Shown one piece after another: positions 38,070-51,245 of a DNA stretch of 64,000 bases. Positions within the stretch are counted from its first letter, which is position 1; every line of letters starts with the position of its first letter. A program made the position numbers and the translations under genes. The stretch is from Eledone cirrhosa (taxonomy: Eukaryota): the NCBI GenBank assembly GCA_964016885.1, contig OZ024750.1:9548001-9612000 (forward strand), written 5' to 3'. A model generated the notes under the pieces. The model made no database searches, had not been told where the DNA came from, and saw only the letters and a program-made list of their open reading frames with translations.

Positions 38070-38515
38070 AACACCTCTCAACCAATTGTAATTTAGAATG
38101 TCTTCATATAATACTACATGCTACATGCTACATGGGAACAACCCATGCTTCCTTCCACTAACATTGTCTACCAAACTCTTCTCAACCAATTGTAATTTAG
38201 AATGTCTTCATATAATACTACATGCTACATGCTACATGGGAACAACCCATGCTTCCTTCCACTAACATTACCTGCCAAACTCTTCTCAACCAATTGTAAT
38301 TTAGAATGTCTTCATATAATACTACATGCTACATGCTACATGGGAACAACCCATGCTTCCTTCCACTAACATTGCCTGCCAAACTCTTCTCAACCAATTG
38401 TAATTTAGAATGTCTTCATATAATACTACATGCTACATGCTACATGGGAACAACCCATGCTTCCTTCCACTAACATTACCTGCCAAACTCTTCTCAACCA
38501 ATTGTAATTTAGATT
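38070..38515. repeat. 104-bp tandem repeat, about 4.3 copies
   Basis: tctcaaccaattg at 38076, 38180, 38284, 38388, 38492. Confidence 0.95.
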
Positions 38516-38700
38516 GTGTTGTAATATAATGCTTTGTCGTACATGCTACATGAGAACAACCCAAAGAGACAGTAGTATGGTGGAGAAGTAATCAGTGGTA
38601 TGATAAAGAGATAGTGGTATGGTGGAGAGGTAGTCAGTGGTATGATAAAGAGATAGTGGTATGGTGGAGAGACAGTGGTATGATAAGTAGACAGTGGTAT

Positions 38701-38960
38701 ATTTCATTTCATTTCATTTCATTTGAGTTTGAGTCCATGCTCAGGCCAAGTCGAAGACTCCACCCTCAGAGTCTGGTGTGGTTGCCAGGTTGGATTCTCT
38801 GTTTAATTTTGACATGTGTAGGAGCGAGTTTGAGTCAGTTTGTGCTCGTTGTGTATATCCTGGGAGATGGGCTTCATCTCTAATGGTGCTTAAGTATCTA
38901 TCCAGCTGCAATTTGAATGATTCCACACTGCATCCTGATAGATTTCTGTGAAGTATAGTG
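38701..38960 (-). mobile_element. CR1-group LINE 3' end with (GAAAT)n tail
   Basis: RNLSGCSVESFKLQLDRYLSTIRDEAHLPGY..SNSL resembles a CR1/L2-type C-terminus. Confidence 0.7.
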
Positions 38961-39843
38961 AAGAAAGAGACAGTGGTATGATAAAGAGACAGTGGTGGTA
39001 TGATAGAAAAATAGACAGTGGTAGTAAAGAAACAACATGATAAGACTGTGTGTGTAATGTGTTCTAGTAATTGCTGGCTATTTGTTAATGAATGTGTTAT
39101 GATTAGTGTTGGCAAATTTTAATCATGATGACAATTTTCCTTCTCAGCTGGGGCCAATTCCACTTCTGATGCTGAATATGTTAAAATCTATCAACACAGT
39201 CATCCATAATCTCTGTGGTGTATTAATGTATTAAGATATATTTTTGAAATTTAGAAAGGAAAAATAACACATTTTAAATAGTTTATATATTTCTATGTTT
39301 CTATCTTAATGACATTGATTCTCAAAGGAATTTTATATGAAATATAATATGTTGCAGGCCATTTTAAGTTATTTCTAAATACGTTTGTTGTGATTAAACT
39401 AGTGTTGTTATATTTTCTTGATGAAGAAGCGGAATTATGAATAGAAATATAGAGATATAGAGATATAGAGATATCATTCACAAGATATATAGATATAAAG
39501 ATATGCAGATATCATTCACAACAGATATAGAGATATAGAGATATCATTCACAACAGATACACAGATATCATTCACAAGATATACAGATATACAGATATAC
39601 AGATATGCAGATAACATTCACAGCTGGCACCACTTTTGTTTAGATTACTGATGATTTGACAAAAGTAAATAGATACCTTAACATCATTTATAAGTTCTTT
39701 AGAAAATATTTAAGGATTATGTACCTGTTGATACTAAATAGCACTGTGTATATATATATATACATATATATATATATGTATATATATAGAGAGAGAGAGA
39801 GAGGGATTGAAAGAGATAGATTGAGAGAGAGGATATATATATA

Positions 39844-39890
<47 letters not shown>

Positions 39891-39891
<1 letters not shown>

Positions 39892-40096
39892 TAAAGGAAT
39901 TTTAGCCTGATAATGGGGTTTAGAACCCTCAGATAAATGGCAAAAGATGAGTATTGACATACATATACTCATCTTTTTCCATTTATCTGAGGGTTCTACC
40001 CCATTATCAGGCTAAAATTCCTTTAGTCAAAAATACGGTGAAAGCTATTCTATTTTCTAATTTCAAACCTGCTCACTGTTTCAAAACATACTTACT

Positions 40097-40098
<2 letters not shown>
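39891..40098. mobile_element. Fold-back island in (TA)n without a visible hammerhead core
   Basis: ~62-bp inverted arms 39891-40026 plus ~70-bp one-sided tail. Confidence 0.7.
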
Positions 40099-40155
<57 letters not shown>

Positions 40156-40261
40156 GTTAAATAATGATGATGATGATGATGATGAATGTAGTATTTATAA
40201 GGATTGAAAACATGAAAAAGTACATAAATTGTTAAATAGATAAATATATAGAGATAAATAG

Positions 40262-40475
40262 ATGAGGGTATAGATAGATAGATAAATAGTTCATAGGTTG
40301 ACCAAGATACTCACATGGAATAACCAAATAAGGTTTATTTTTCAACATAGTCTCTGAAAAGAAATAATGCAGTTATTTATTAATAAAAAGAGTTGAAATT
40401 ATTGCATGCAAGATTTCACAGCTCTAGCATCACTCCTTCATAGTGAGCCTATGAACTTTCCAGCCAAACCTCGAG
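40262..40475. mobile_element. Degenerate mariner-like MITE
   Basis: Ends agttcataggtt / agcctatgaactttccagccaaacctcg form inverted termini resembling mariner TACGAGG..AAAAGTT TIRs. Confidence 0.55.
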
Positions 40476-40753
40476 GTCCCTACAAGTCATCTACTGTTAA
40501 TATTTTGAGGCTTATAATAATGAAAACCATGAAAGTTTTCATCATTAAAGGATTAATACCAATTCCATTACTGTATCACTGCAGCAGTGTTGCACAACAT
40601 CCATTAAATATTGCACACTTCCTTTCTCATCAAATGTTTAAAGATTTTCACAGAAAGTTCGGTTGTTATGGCAACAGCAGAATCTCTAGTTATATCAGTT
40701 ATAGAAATATTAGTCGCATTAAAATTTCTAGCATTTTAATGGTATGTGTACTG

Positions 40754-40847
<94 letters not shown>

Positions 40848-40900
40848 GAAGCTATAGGAAGCCTATATATATATAGGCTTCCTATATATATATATTTATG

Positions 40901-40958
40901 GGCTTCCTGATGATTTCTCCCGAATGAAACAGTTCTAGTTTCTAGTCCTGTAGAAGCC
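40901..40958 (+). ncRNA. Type-I hammerhead ribozyme (H2) in element ~40853-41043
   Basis: ggcttc CTGATGA tttc-tccc-gaat GAAA cag-(duplicated ttctagt loop)-ctg TA gaagcc. Confidence 0.85.
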
Positions 40959-41435
40959 ATTTCTATATTAAATATTTATACTCTGCTATGTATTGAGTAC
41001 CTTACTTACTGTGGTTACCTCCGATTGAACTTGGGATAAACTTATCTATTTATATATGTAGAGAGAGAGAGAGAGAGAGACAGGAAGTGTAACGTGAAGT
41101 TACTGTAGGTTCACCCAAATGAGCACTCGATGTTTAGATTCAAGTCTGTAGTGAGGTGTACAGCTAAACAGAGTGTAAATATAGCAAAACATGCATCACC
41201 AATCAATAAGCGTAAGGAAGGCATAACAAATCATCCTTATATTATATATATATATATGTGTGCGTGTGTGTGTGTACGTGTATATTATTAAATACATGCA
41301 TCATCATCATCTTCATCATCCTTTAACATCCATTTTCCACACCAACATGGGTTAAACAGGTTGTCCCATTAGAAGCAAGTCAGATCAGGTGACCATGTCT
41401 TGCTCATATACAACTCTTTCTGGCTAGGATTCTTC

Positions 41436-41506
<71 letters not shown>

Positions 41507-41546
41507 ACAGGAGGCTGGACTGGTGTAAATCCTTGAAAGGTTTATT

Positions 41547-41604
41547 ATACTATGATCATCTCAATGACCGGGTTCCATATGAATCCGGTGATATCATCAG
41601 GTAT
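41547..41604 (-). ncRNA. Degenerate hammerhead (GAAA changed to GAGA)
   Basis: Minus: atac CTGATGA tatcaccgg-attcatatggaac-ccggtcatt GAGA tgatca TA gtat AATAAA. Confidence 0.65.
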
Positions 41605-41943
41605 TCGAAATATAACAAAGGAATATGTAAAAGCTATGGATCCGAAAAATCAGAGACAGAGAGAACGACTGACCAACTAGCTGCTTTCACCTCGGCCAGT
41701 CGCCCTCAAAGTATATATATATATATTCGTTTTTTTTACTATGGACAACCTTTTATTTTCTGTATCTATCCTTTGTGATCCTGTCTCTATTTTTGAACTC
41801 CTGAAGAAAGGCTAAAGCCCAACAGTTTGAACTTTCTTTCCCCTTTTCCATATAAAGCATGGAACAAATAAGACTTTTGTACCTCTGTTTTGTCATTTCC
41901 TTGAACTATATATATATATATATATATAAATACGCCAGGATTT

Positions 41944-42004
41944 TTTCATTCTGATGATTGAAAGCAAAATTTTTTTGCTTTTAAGAAACCACTGGTAAAT
42001 GAAA
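41944..42004 (+). ncRNA. Type-I hammerhead ribozyme (H7)
   Basis: tttcatt CTGATGA ttgaaagcaaaa-ttt-ttttgcttttaa GAAA ccactgg TA aatgaaa. Confidence 0.88.
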
Positions 42005-42101
42005 TAATTGCCTTATGTTGTTTATTACATAATTATTAAGCTCTGTCACCTACATAGAGCACTCTTTTTTCCTGGACTTTTCCGACGGAATTACTTCATT
42101 T

Positions 42102-42156
<55 letters not shown>

Positions 42157-42383
42157 TTAGTTAAGCAAAACAAGACCACAAATTTCACAAGGAAGACATT
42201 ATTAAAAGATTGTCAACATATTTTAGTTTGATGTAAGGAATGTAGAGAATAATAATAATAGTATTAATAATAATAATGTCCGTTTACAATTGTTTCGCTG
42301 CTCCATATAATATTTCTGGATCAGATGACTATATATCATAATTGATCTGGTTCAGTTGAAAATAATTAACATATTTAAAAGAC

Positions 42384-42414
<31 letters not shown>

Positions 42415-43016
42415 CTTTATAAGCCTGAAGTGAAAATTGAAACAAATGTTAAGAATACTCTGCTATTCTCTTCATATACAGAAAAAGGATATGAGAGATT
42501 TTCCATACATAGATGGCCAATTAGCTATAAAATATAAGCAGTTGTCCAGTCTGTTATGTGATTGGCCAATGTGAAGAGATAGGTCTACAACAATATGTTG
42601 TGTCTTCATCTGAGAGTTGATAAAAAATACATGAATGAAATAAAATATAATATACAATAGACATGTAGCAAAACATTGTGAAATATTCACATACTCATGT
42701 AAATATAGAAAAACTAGACTCACACCACATATGTATTTGATATGAACAGAAATGAAGATAAACCAATCTGGTATAATTCCAGCTTTATATATATATATCA
42801 TCATCATCATCACCGTTTTACTCCCATTCTTCCACACTAGCATGGGTTAGACAGGTTGTCCTGTTGTGGGCAGTACCCGGTCGGCTAACTTGTCTTGCTC
42901 ATACGGGAACTGATTTTGGGTGATTTCTACAGCAAATCCTAACACCAACCTCATTGGCTTCTATCGACTTCTAGTGCTCTGCACCTTTTTATGCAGCTGT
43001 CATCCTTCATATATAT

Positions 43017-43320
43017 CATCATCATCATCATCATCATCATCATTTTACGTCCGCTTTTCCCTGCTTGCAAGGGTGGGACGGGTTTTATTCAGCACAGCAT
43101 CTCTCCACTCGTCACGGTCCCTCGTCATCTCCACCGTGAGCTTCAATGATCTGAGGTCTGTTCTCACCACCTCCGCCCATGTTTTTCGTGGTCTACCTCT
43201 ACCACGTCTTCCTTCAACTGGCATTTCCTGGCACTTCTTCACCCATCGGTCATCCTCCATGCGCATCACATGTCCATACCACCTCAGTCTCCTCTCCCGT
43301 ACACTACATTCTATCCCTCT
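43017..43320 (-). mobile_element. RTE LINE 3' end (subfamily 3; ORF runs directly into the tail)
   Basis: RLRWYGHVMRMEDDRWVKKC..GRPRKTW..RPTLASREKRT* then (GAT)n; decayed relatives at 43490-43645, 49670-49840, 55780-55990. Confidence 0.9.
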
Positions 43321-43424
43321 GTATATATATATATATACAGTGGTAAAAAACCAGGAGGTTATAGCTGTTGTAGGTAGAGCACTCAGTCCACAAGACGAGT
43401 TCGGTGTAGAGTTAGCACAACCTC

Positions 43425-43467
43425 ACTTGGGTTGAAAATCCACTGGGTGAAACACGTGTCCTCAAGT
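43425..43467 (+). ncRNA. Compact hammerhead ribozyme with U3-A8 core variant
   Basis: acttggg TTGAAAA tccactgggt GAAA cacgtg TC ctcaagt. Confidence 0.7.
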
Positions 43468-44139
43468 ATGGTTTGCTAATTTGTTATGGAACTAACATCT
43501 CTCCCCTCACTGCATTGTTTTTGTCATCTCCTCTGTAAGTCTTAGCAATTTGATTTAAGGTCAGCTCTCACCACCTTTGCACAGATCTTTCTGTCTACCT
43601 CTACTATGGCTTCCTTCCACTGGCATGGGTACTTCTTCACCCATTAAATCTATTGCATAAAACCATTGGTTCACTCATCACAAATATATATATATAGGTA
43701 TGTGTATGTGTGTGTGTGTGTATGTATATATATATGTATGTATACAAGCTATAGAAAATGCTAAATTCATTGCACAATAACATTTTCATTAACTCAATAG
43801 AGCAAATGCAAATTTCTCAATTCACTGCTTTCTTTGGTATTGAAAACATATAAACAATTGATATAATCATCCGACATATTGAAATTGAAAAATAGGCAAG
43901 TCAGCAAAATTCTGCAAGAAGACCAAAAATATTTCCAAACTTCTACATTTGTAATAACTTATTAATCCATAGTGGGGAAATATTTCTCATATGCAACTCC
44001 ATGCTTAAAAGAAATCCCAGTAGATAATAGTTAAAGCTGAACAGCTGGTATAATCTCAAGAGTGACACATTAGCAGAGTTGTTAGAGTGTAGGACTAAAT
44101 GTATTGTTGTGTTTGTTTTCTGAGTTTCAATCTTGCTCT

Positions 44140-44420
44140 GGTCTACTTGGGTGGGAGATTTCATCCCTAACCTGGTTTGACACCACCACCTGGCCTACTT
44201 GGGTAGGAGACTTCACACCACCACCTGGTCCTTGGATGGGAGACTTAATACCCCCACCTGGCCCTTTGGTGAGAGACTTACACCACCACCTGACCTACTT
44301 GGGTAGGAGACTTAACCCCACCACATAGCCCTTGGGTGAGAAACTTAACACCACCACCACCTGGCCCTTGGGTGAGAGACTTCACACCACCACTTGGCCT
44401 ACTTGGGTAGGAGACTTAAT
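44140..44420. repeat. ~33-40-bp degenerate minisatellite
   Basis: cacctggcc(tac)ttgggt.ggagactt.acacca units. Confidence 0.85.
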
Positions 44421-45260
44421 CCATCACATTACGCGATATCTATGAAAAAAAATGAAAGATGAATATTTTTTTGCTGGACTTTTTTCATACATTTGCCTTC
44501 GTATATTTACAGTTGAAATAAAAACATGACTTTCATTAAATTTTCTCAATCCATTTTTGTAACATATTTCCCTCATTATATTAATGCAACAGTTACATCT
44601 TATATACCTTTATTATGGCACCTTCTTCCTAAAATAACCCTTATTTCCATACCTACTTACTATCCAGTCATCTATGTATTTCTCATTGGTTACATTTAGC
44701 TTGAGTTTAATAAATAAAAACTAAAAATAAATCACTATACTCAATGTTGACCATTGAAGTGGAACCAAACCAAAACAAAACATAAGTTGTTCTTTTGTTT
44801 TATTCTGTGTTTCAAACAATAACTTTTCCAATCATCTTCAGGTGACCTATTCGTTCATATAAACAAATATCCGGACTTTCTTTCAACTTAACAACAGTAT
44901 TTTTATAGCAAAGTCTCAATTTCAAAGCCATTTGCTTCATTTCTTATTGCTGTTGTTGCTACGTCTATGTTGTTATTTTTGTAATAATAATAATAATAGT
45001 GTTGATTTTCTTTATTAGTTTTTAGTTTTTAGATTTTATTTTTTTGTTGTTTTTTTTTGTTATTGCCATTATTTCTATTGTCTCAATGAATTGTTTCGGC
45101 AATGTCGATTTTGTTTGTTTTTCTGTTTTTATATTCTTTTACTTTTTATTGCCGTTCCATTCCATTCTGTTCTTCTAAAAATTCTTCATTTCCTCCTCAA
45201 ACGTTTTAAACAATGAGAAAATTACTTACTATGCTCCCATAGAAAAAACTTTCCATTTAC

Positions 45261-45722
45261 ATGCTTCCATACATTTCCATGGTATTTACTATATATATGC
45301 TTCCATATATATCCATGGTATTTACTATTTATATGCTTCCATATATATCCATGGTATTTACTATGTATATGCTTCCATACATAGCCATGGTATTTACCAG
45401 TTATATGCTTCCATACATAGCCATGCCATTTACCAGTTATATGCTTCCATACATATCCATGGTATTTACCATTTATATGCTTCCAAACATATCCATGGCA
45501 TTAACCATTTATATGCTTCCATACATAGCCATGGTATTTACCAGTTATATGCTTCCATACATAAACATGGTATTTACCATTTATATGCTTCCATACATAT
45601 CCATGCCATTTACCATTTATATGCTTCGATACATAGCCATGCCATTTACCAGTTATATGCTTCCATACATAGCCATGCCATTTACCATTTATATGCTTCC
45701 ATACATAGCCATGCCATTTACC
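45261..45722. repeat. 36-bp minisatellite, about 13 copies
   Basis: atgcttccatacat.(t/g)ccatg..atttac... units. Confidence 0.95.
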
Positions 45723-46136
45723 GATGCCATCAGCTTTGGTTTTGCTTTTCTTTAAAGTGTTTCAAGAAAATAGAAAGTCAAGTATCATGCAGATTATGTT
45801 TTACTTTCAGACAACTAAATAGATTTTATTTTCTTCACACACACACATGACAAATATGCACACACACACACACATGACAAACACACATAAACACAATCAC
45901 TCACATGCACAACAAACACATACATACACAAAACAAACACGCATGACAAATATGCACACATACACACATGATAAACACACACACATACATACACACACTC
46001 ACATACACGCAACAAACACAGACAAACACACACACACATAAAACTCTCAACAAATTCAGACATGTAGATTGATGTGAATTTGCCTATGTTGCAGTTGTAT
46101 ATATATCAAAATATATATATATATAAATATATATAT

Positions 46137-46477
46137 GAAGGCACATGGTTTAGTGGTTAGAGCATTGGCCTTGCAATCGAAAGGTTGTGAGTTCAATTCT
46201 CAGACGGGGTGATGTGTTGTTTCCTTGAGCAAGACACTTTATTTCACATTGTTCCAGTTTACTCAGCTGTAGAAATGAGATGATAGGGACTGGGGTCCCT
46301 ATCATTCCACTGCAAAGTGGTCGTGGGGGTGCCACGGCAAAAAAGCACCCAGCACTCACTGTAAATGAGGTTGGTGTTAGGAAGGGCATCCAGCTGTAGA
46401 AATCAAGCCAGAATCAGTTCCCGTCCCACCCTTGCAAGCAGGGAAAAGCGAACGTAAAATGAAATGATGATGATGAT
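46137..46477 (+). mobile_element. SINE family B, full length (tRNA head, CORE-like body, RTE-derived tail)
   Basis: A box TGGTTTAGTGG, B box GAGTTCAATTC, ccttgagcaagacacttta body, tail cccacccttgcaagcagggaaaagc then (GAT)n; in (TA)n. Confidence 0.9.
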
Positions 46478-46636
46478 ATATATATATATATATATATAAT
46501 ATATATATATATATGATATATATATATATATAATAAATATATATGATATATATATAATATATATATATAATATATATATATATATAATATATATATAATA
46601 TATATATATAATATATATATAATATATATAATATAT

Positions 46637-46803
46637 ATCTATCTATCTAAGGCGGGTAAAATTCCCGAGATCCATGGACGAGCTCTCTCCAGTGGTCTCT
46701 GTTCCTCATTATCGCTGCCATATCCTGCATCTCCAACAGACCAGTGTCTGTCCTTAGGGCATCAACATATGTTAACCTTGGTCTTCCTCTTCTAGTGTGT
46801 CCA
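46637..46803 (-). mobile_element. RTE LINE 3' end with (TAGA)n tail
   Basis: GHTRRGRPRLTYVDALRTDTGLLEMQDMAAIMRNRDHWRELV. Confidence 0.8.
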
Positions 46804-47028
46804 TAATATATATAATATATATATATAATGTATAATATATATATATATATAATATATAATATATATATATATATAATATATATATATATATAATATACAT
46901 ATATATATAATATATATATATATATAATATATATACAATATATATATATTATATATTATATATTATATATATATATATAATATAATATATATATATATAT
47001 ATATAATATATAATATATATGTATGTAC

Positions 47029-47067
<39 letters not shown>

Positions 47068-47204
47068 CATACCAAACAAAGGGTTGAGAGGACTCTTTAG
47101 CTGTGTTAAGGACATAACAACCTGACTAGTGCTGAGGGGTACATTAAAACACACCCACTACAATCTGTAAAAGGGTAGCAATTACATTAAATGATAATGG
47201 TTAT

Positions 47205-47495
47205 GGTGGATTGGCAGTATCGGTAGAGGGTCGGACGCCATGCTTTACAGCATAGAGTTACGGCCCTTTATGGTCTGAGTTCAAATTACACCGAGGTTAA
47301 CTTTGTCTTTAATCCTTACAGGGGTCGATAAAATAAAGTACCAGTAATACACTGGGATAATTGCTGGCCTTGTGCCAAAAGTAGAAACAATTATTTTACT
47401 ATACAGCATAGAGTTTAAAGGTTAACTTTGCTTTTCATCCTTACGGGGTCGATAAAATAAAGTACCAGTAATACACTGGGATAATTGCTGGCCTT
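47205..47495 (+). mobile_element. SINE A plus partial tandem copy
   Basis: Match to 5601-5793. Confidence 0.9.
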
Positions 47496-47689
47496 CTCCA
47501 ACAGTTCAATCCCTGGTGCAAAATCTATCTTTGTCAGGTAGTTTTAAAGGTTCTTTGTCCCCATGACAAGAACACCAATCACCACTGGGGGAGACAATAG
47601 TGACTGACTTCACTTCATTACTTCAGTGTTTCAAGATCTCATATTTTAAGACGGTATAACTTTCTCCACTTTTTGTTCAATTCTGGTGT

Positions 47690-47975
47690 TTTCGCAAGGA
47701 CACAACGCATCACCCAGTCCAAGAATCAAACTCACAACCTCATGATTGCAAGCCCAACACTTTAACCACTAAGCCATATATATATATAAAATAACAGTTG
47801 ATCGACAAGATCCTAGACCTCCTTTGCTTAATGGTCTTTCCAATTACTAACACTATCTATCAGCTGCAAATCCAGGAGCAACGTGAAATAAAGTATCTCA
47901 TCCAGTCCGGGAATCAAACTCTCAACCTCACGATTGCGAATCCAATTCTCTAATCACTCAGCCACGTGCCTTCAA
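47690..47975 (-). mobile_element. Two SINE B head fragments
   Basis: Reverse complement of the tRNA-like head at 46137; another head fragment at 1795-1900. Confidence 0.75.
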
Positions 47976-49031
47976 AATATAATATACATAGATAAATATA
48001 TATGGACACATATATAATATATAAATATAAATATGTGTGTGTGAGTTAATAGTTATAGCATAAAGGAATGTGTGGACAAATAAATGTTTATCTTATATCT
48101 TAGAATCTGTAAAGTTCACTAACCTTTCCTCTGATTTTCACAATTCTGCTCAGCAGACTGTATTGGTTGTTAGAATAAGTACAACCAGTGGATATAGCTT
48201 CTTGTAGAAAAACAAAGCAGCCTGTAAAACTTCTCAAATGTGTAAGGTTGGGTCCTTATTGGATGTTTGGAGAAGAGGGGGGACAAACATATTCCTATAT
48301 TTAGTTGTGTAATGTGTTTTTACTCTTTTATTGGCAGTCATAAGAATCTATATAAAAAAACTGAAATATATCAATGAAATTTCACATAAAAATGTCCGTA
48401 TGGGAAAATATATGAAAAATCTATAGAAGAAAATCTTGAATATTTGAAAATATATAGGGAAAAATTATTCAATAGAATGTAAAAGTTTGATAGAGAGCTG
48501 CTTATTGAAACCATAAAAGAATGATGTGATATAAGGCGGGGAGGGGGAATATGTGGCAATATATTGTTGATGGGAGGGAGGTGGATATAGTTGGGTGGTG
48601 AATACAGAGGGGTGATGAATACAGTTTGGTGGTGAATAAATTGTAATAGCGTATAGATGTGGATGGTAAAGAAGATATTTCTTAGTCTGGTGAAAACTAT
48701 GTGATTAAGATTTGTGATAATAATGGGATAAAAATATGATAAAAACGTAATAAAAATATTTGCCTACTCACACACACACACACATACCATGGATGTGTAT
48801 GTGCATGTGTGTGTGTCTCTCTCTCTTTCTACATATGTTTGTATATGTGTGTCTTTGTATATATATATGTGTGTGTGTGTGTCTTTGTATAGGTGTGTAT
48901 GTGTGTGTATAGATGTGTGTGCATGTGTCTGTGTATAGATGTGTGTGTGCACGTCTGTGTCTGTATATGTGTATGTGTGTGCCTGTGTATATATATATGT
49001 GCGTGTGTCTTTGTATATATATGTGTGTATG

Positions 49032-49101
<70 letters not shown>

Positions 49102-49445
49102 GATTTATGAAAACACAATGAATTTATAAATACAGTATTCTACAAATGTAAAAATTTGTAGAATCTTCTATTTATGACTTTATAATTTTTATCATATTCT
49201 TTTTGTTTTTATCCTCATTATTTTCATGTCAGTTAATTCATGCTTCAATGGTTTGATTGGTTCTTCCAAGCACAGTATCTCTCCACTCAAAGCATTCCTT
49301 CATCATCTCCATTGTAAAGTTCAGTGTTTTGAGATCAGTTCTGAACAGGTTTTTCACAGTCTTCCTCTACTGCCGCTTTCTTCCACTTGTCATCATTTTA
49401 CATCTGTTGTTCCACATTTGTATGGGTTGGACAAGTCTTTCTTAA

Positions 49446-49665
49446 CCCTTTAGCATTTACATTATTCTATATTTACTATTGTATTTTCACAGTAAAGGTT
49501 TTACCTCACATAATTATCTCACATAATATTAAATCTATGAGATTTTGATATTATTTATTTTGAGAACAATACCTTAATATCAGTATGAGTGGCTGTTACA
49601 GCCGGTTTGAACAGAAAGAGGTGAGAGAATTCTGGCCAGATACGGCTGGTTTAAATGCTAGAGGG
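49446..49665 (+). mobile_element. piggyBac-like MITE
   Basis: TTAA on both sides (49442-45, 49666-69); TIR CCCTTTAGCATTTA / TAAATGCTAGAGGG; partial copy at 60350-60574. Confidence 0.85.
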
Positions 49666-50176
49666 TTAATACAGTATTTCTCCACTCGTCACATTCTGTT
49701 GTCATCTCTTCCATGAGCTTCAGCAATCTGAGATCAGCTCTCACCACTTTCATCTAGGTCTTCCTTTGTCTTCCTCTACCTTAGCCTCTCTCCACCAGGA
49801 TTACTTGGAATTTCTTCACCCAGCAACCATCATCCAGTTGTTGATGTATTTTTCCTCACAATTAACCCTTTTCATACCAAACCACCTGAAATGACCTTTG
49901 GTTCTATATTACAAAACTTTATTTCATTGAGTTTTTATTTATCTAAAAACATTCCATCATAATTTTCAGTAAGAACTTTTCCTAAATTATGTTTCATACA
50001 CCAAAAAGCACCCAGTCTACACTGTCAATGTTATTGGTGTTAGGAAGGACATCCAGCCATAGAACCCAAACCAGAAACAGTTCTTTGTGAGCAAGACAGG
50101 GACATCTGACCCAACTTTTGCCAAACGGGACAACCCATCTAACCCATGCTAGTGTGGAAAAATGGACGCTAAACTG

Positions 50177-50224
<48 letters not shown>

Positions 50225-51214
50225 CACCAGTGTAATAGTGAGAAAGTTAGCTCCATAACTCAATCCCTTGGAATTCTAGATTATTTTCAAAATTCTTCAC
50301 AAAGTCTTTCTTTAGAAATATTGTTATAAAAAGGTTAACCCTTTTTCTTGATTTATGGGACATTAATTATTTTTAGGTTCCTTTTTTATTGTTCTTTTAA
50401 TATTATTTGTGTCTGTAGCAAATTTTTCAAATTTTTTTAATGCAATTTTCTGCATTCTTTGTGTTATTAGTGACATCTTCCAAACAACAAGAGAAAATCA
50501 ATGATCACTTTAAAATTATGTATTTCATCATGAACCAAAATAATATTGCCTTCTTGGAAAGTAACAAATGTTTGCTTCCTGTAGTGAGAGCCTTTTGGCC
50601 TCAAATATAGAGACTGCTGCATCTAATTACCAAAAATCAATTTTCAAAGCATATTTTACTAGAAAAACACACATCTTTAAAAACATTGAAATGAAATATC
50701 GAAGCTGACAAAAAGGAACAAGAAATCGAAATAAAGAAATATGAATTAATAAAAAACAATGTTCAAATTTAAAAAAAATTAAAACCATACCATAATATTA
50801 ATTTATTTATAACAAACCTTCATTTATATTATCATTTTTTTTTAATTCAAAAAATAAGAATTTTGCAGGTGTTCTGTTGTTTTTAGTGTGGGGTGGAGTG
50901 TGTATGTGTGTACACAAAACCATGTTGCTTCAGGAATGTTGCCATTAAATTTATTTTTTTTTAAATAATTCATGGTTGAATAAAAAATAATTTGCTCTGT
51001 TCCTTTATCTAGTTAATGCAGCAACATTTATCATGAAAGAAATATTTTGGTGTAAACCGAGATTCTACAGTAGTTTGTTAAATATATTATAACTACTAAG
51101 ACACATGAAGAAGCTATAAAAAAACAGAGTAAAATGGTGTCTTACATTCTTATAATGGTCAGAAAGAAACAGGCTAAGATGACATCAATGGAATTCAAAT
51201 GTCTTCTTCTTCTT

Positions 51215-51245
<31 letters not shown>

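Noticed and set aside
38070-38515. CRISPR-like array (also 56379-56749 and 54600-54985)
   Set aside because: Whole units repeat with no unique spacers, eukaryotic context, no cas genes
40406-40876. 156-aa ORF
   Set aside because: Starts in a mariner-like MITE end and finishes in microsatellite; no recognisable domain
45261-45755. 164-aa repeat protein (MLPYISMVFTIY)n
   Set aside because: 36-bp minisatellite that is stop-free by chance; no exon context
46137-46212. tRNA gene (also 57822 and SINE A heads)
   Set aside because: A/B boxes run into SINE body and tail; no intact cloverleaf or terminator
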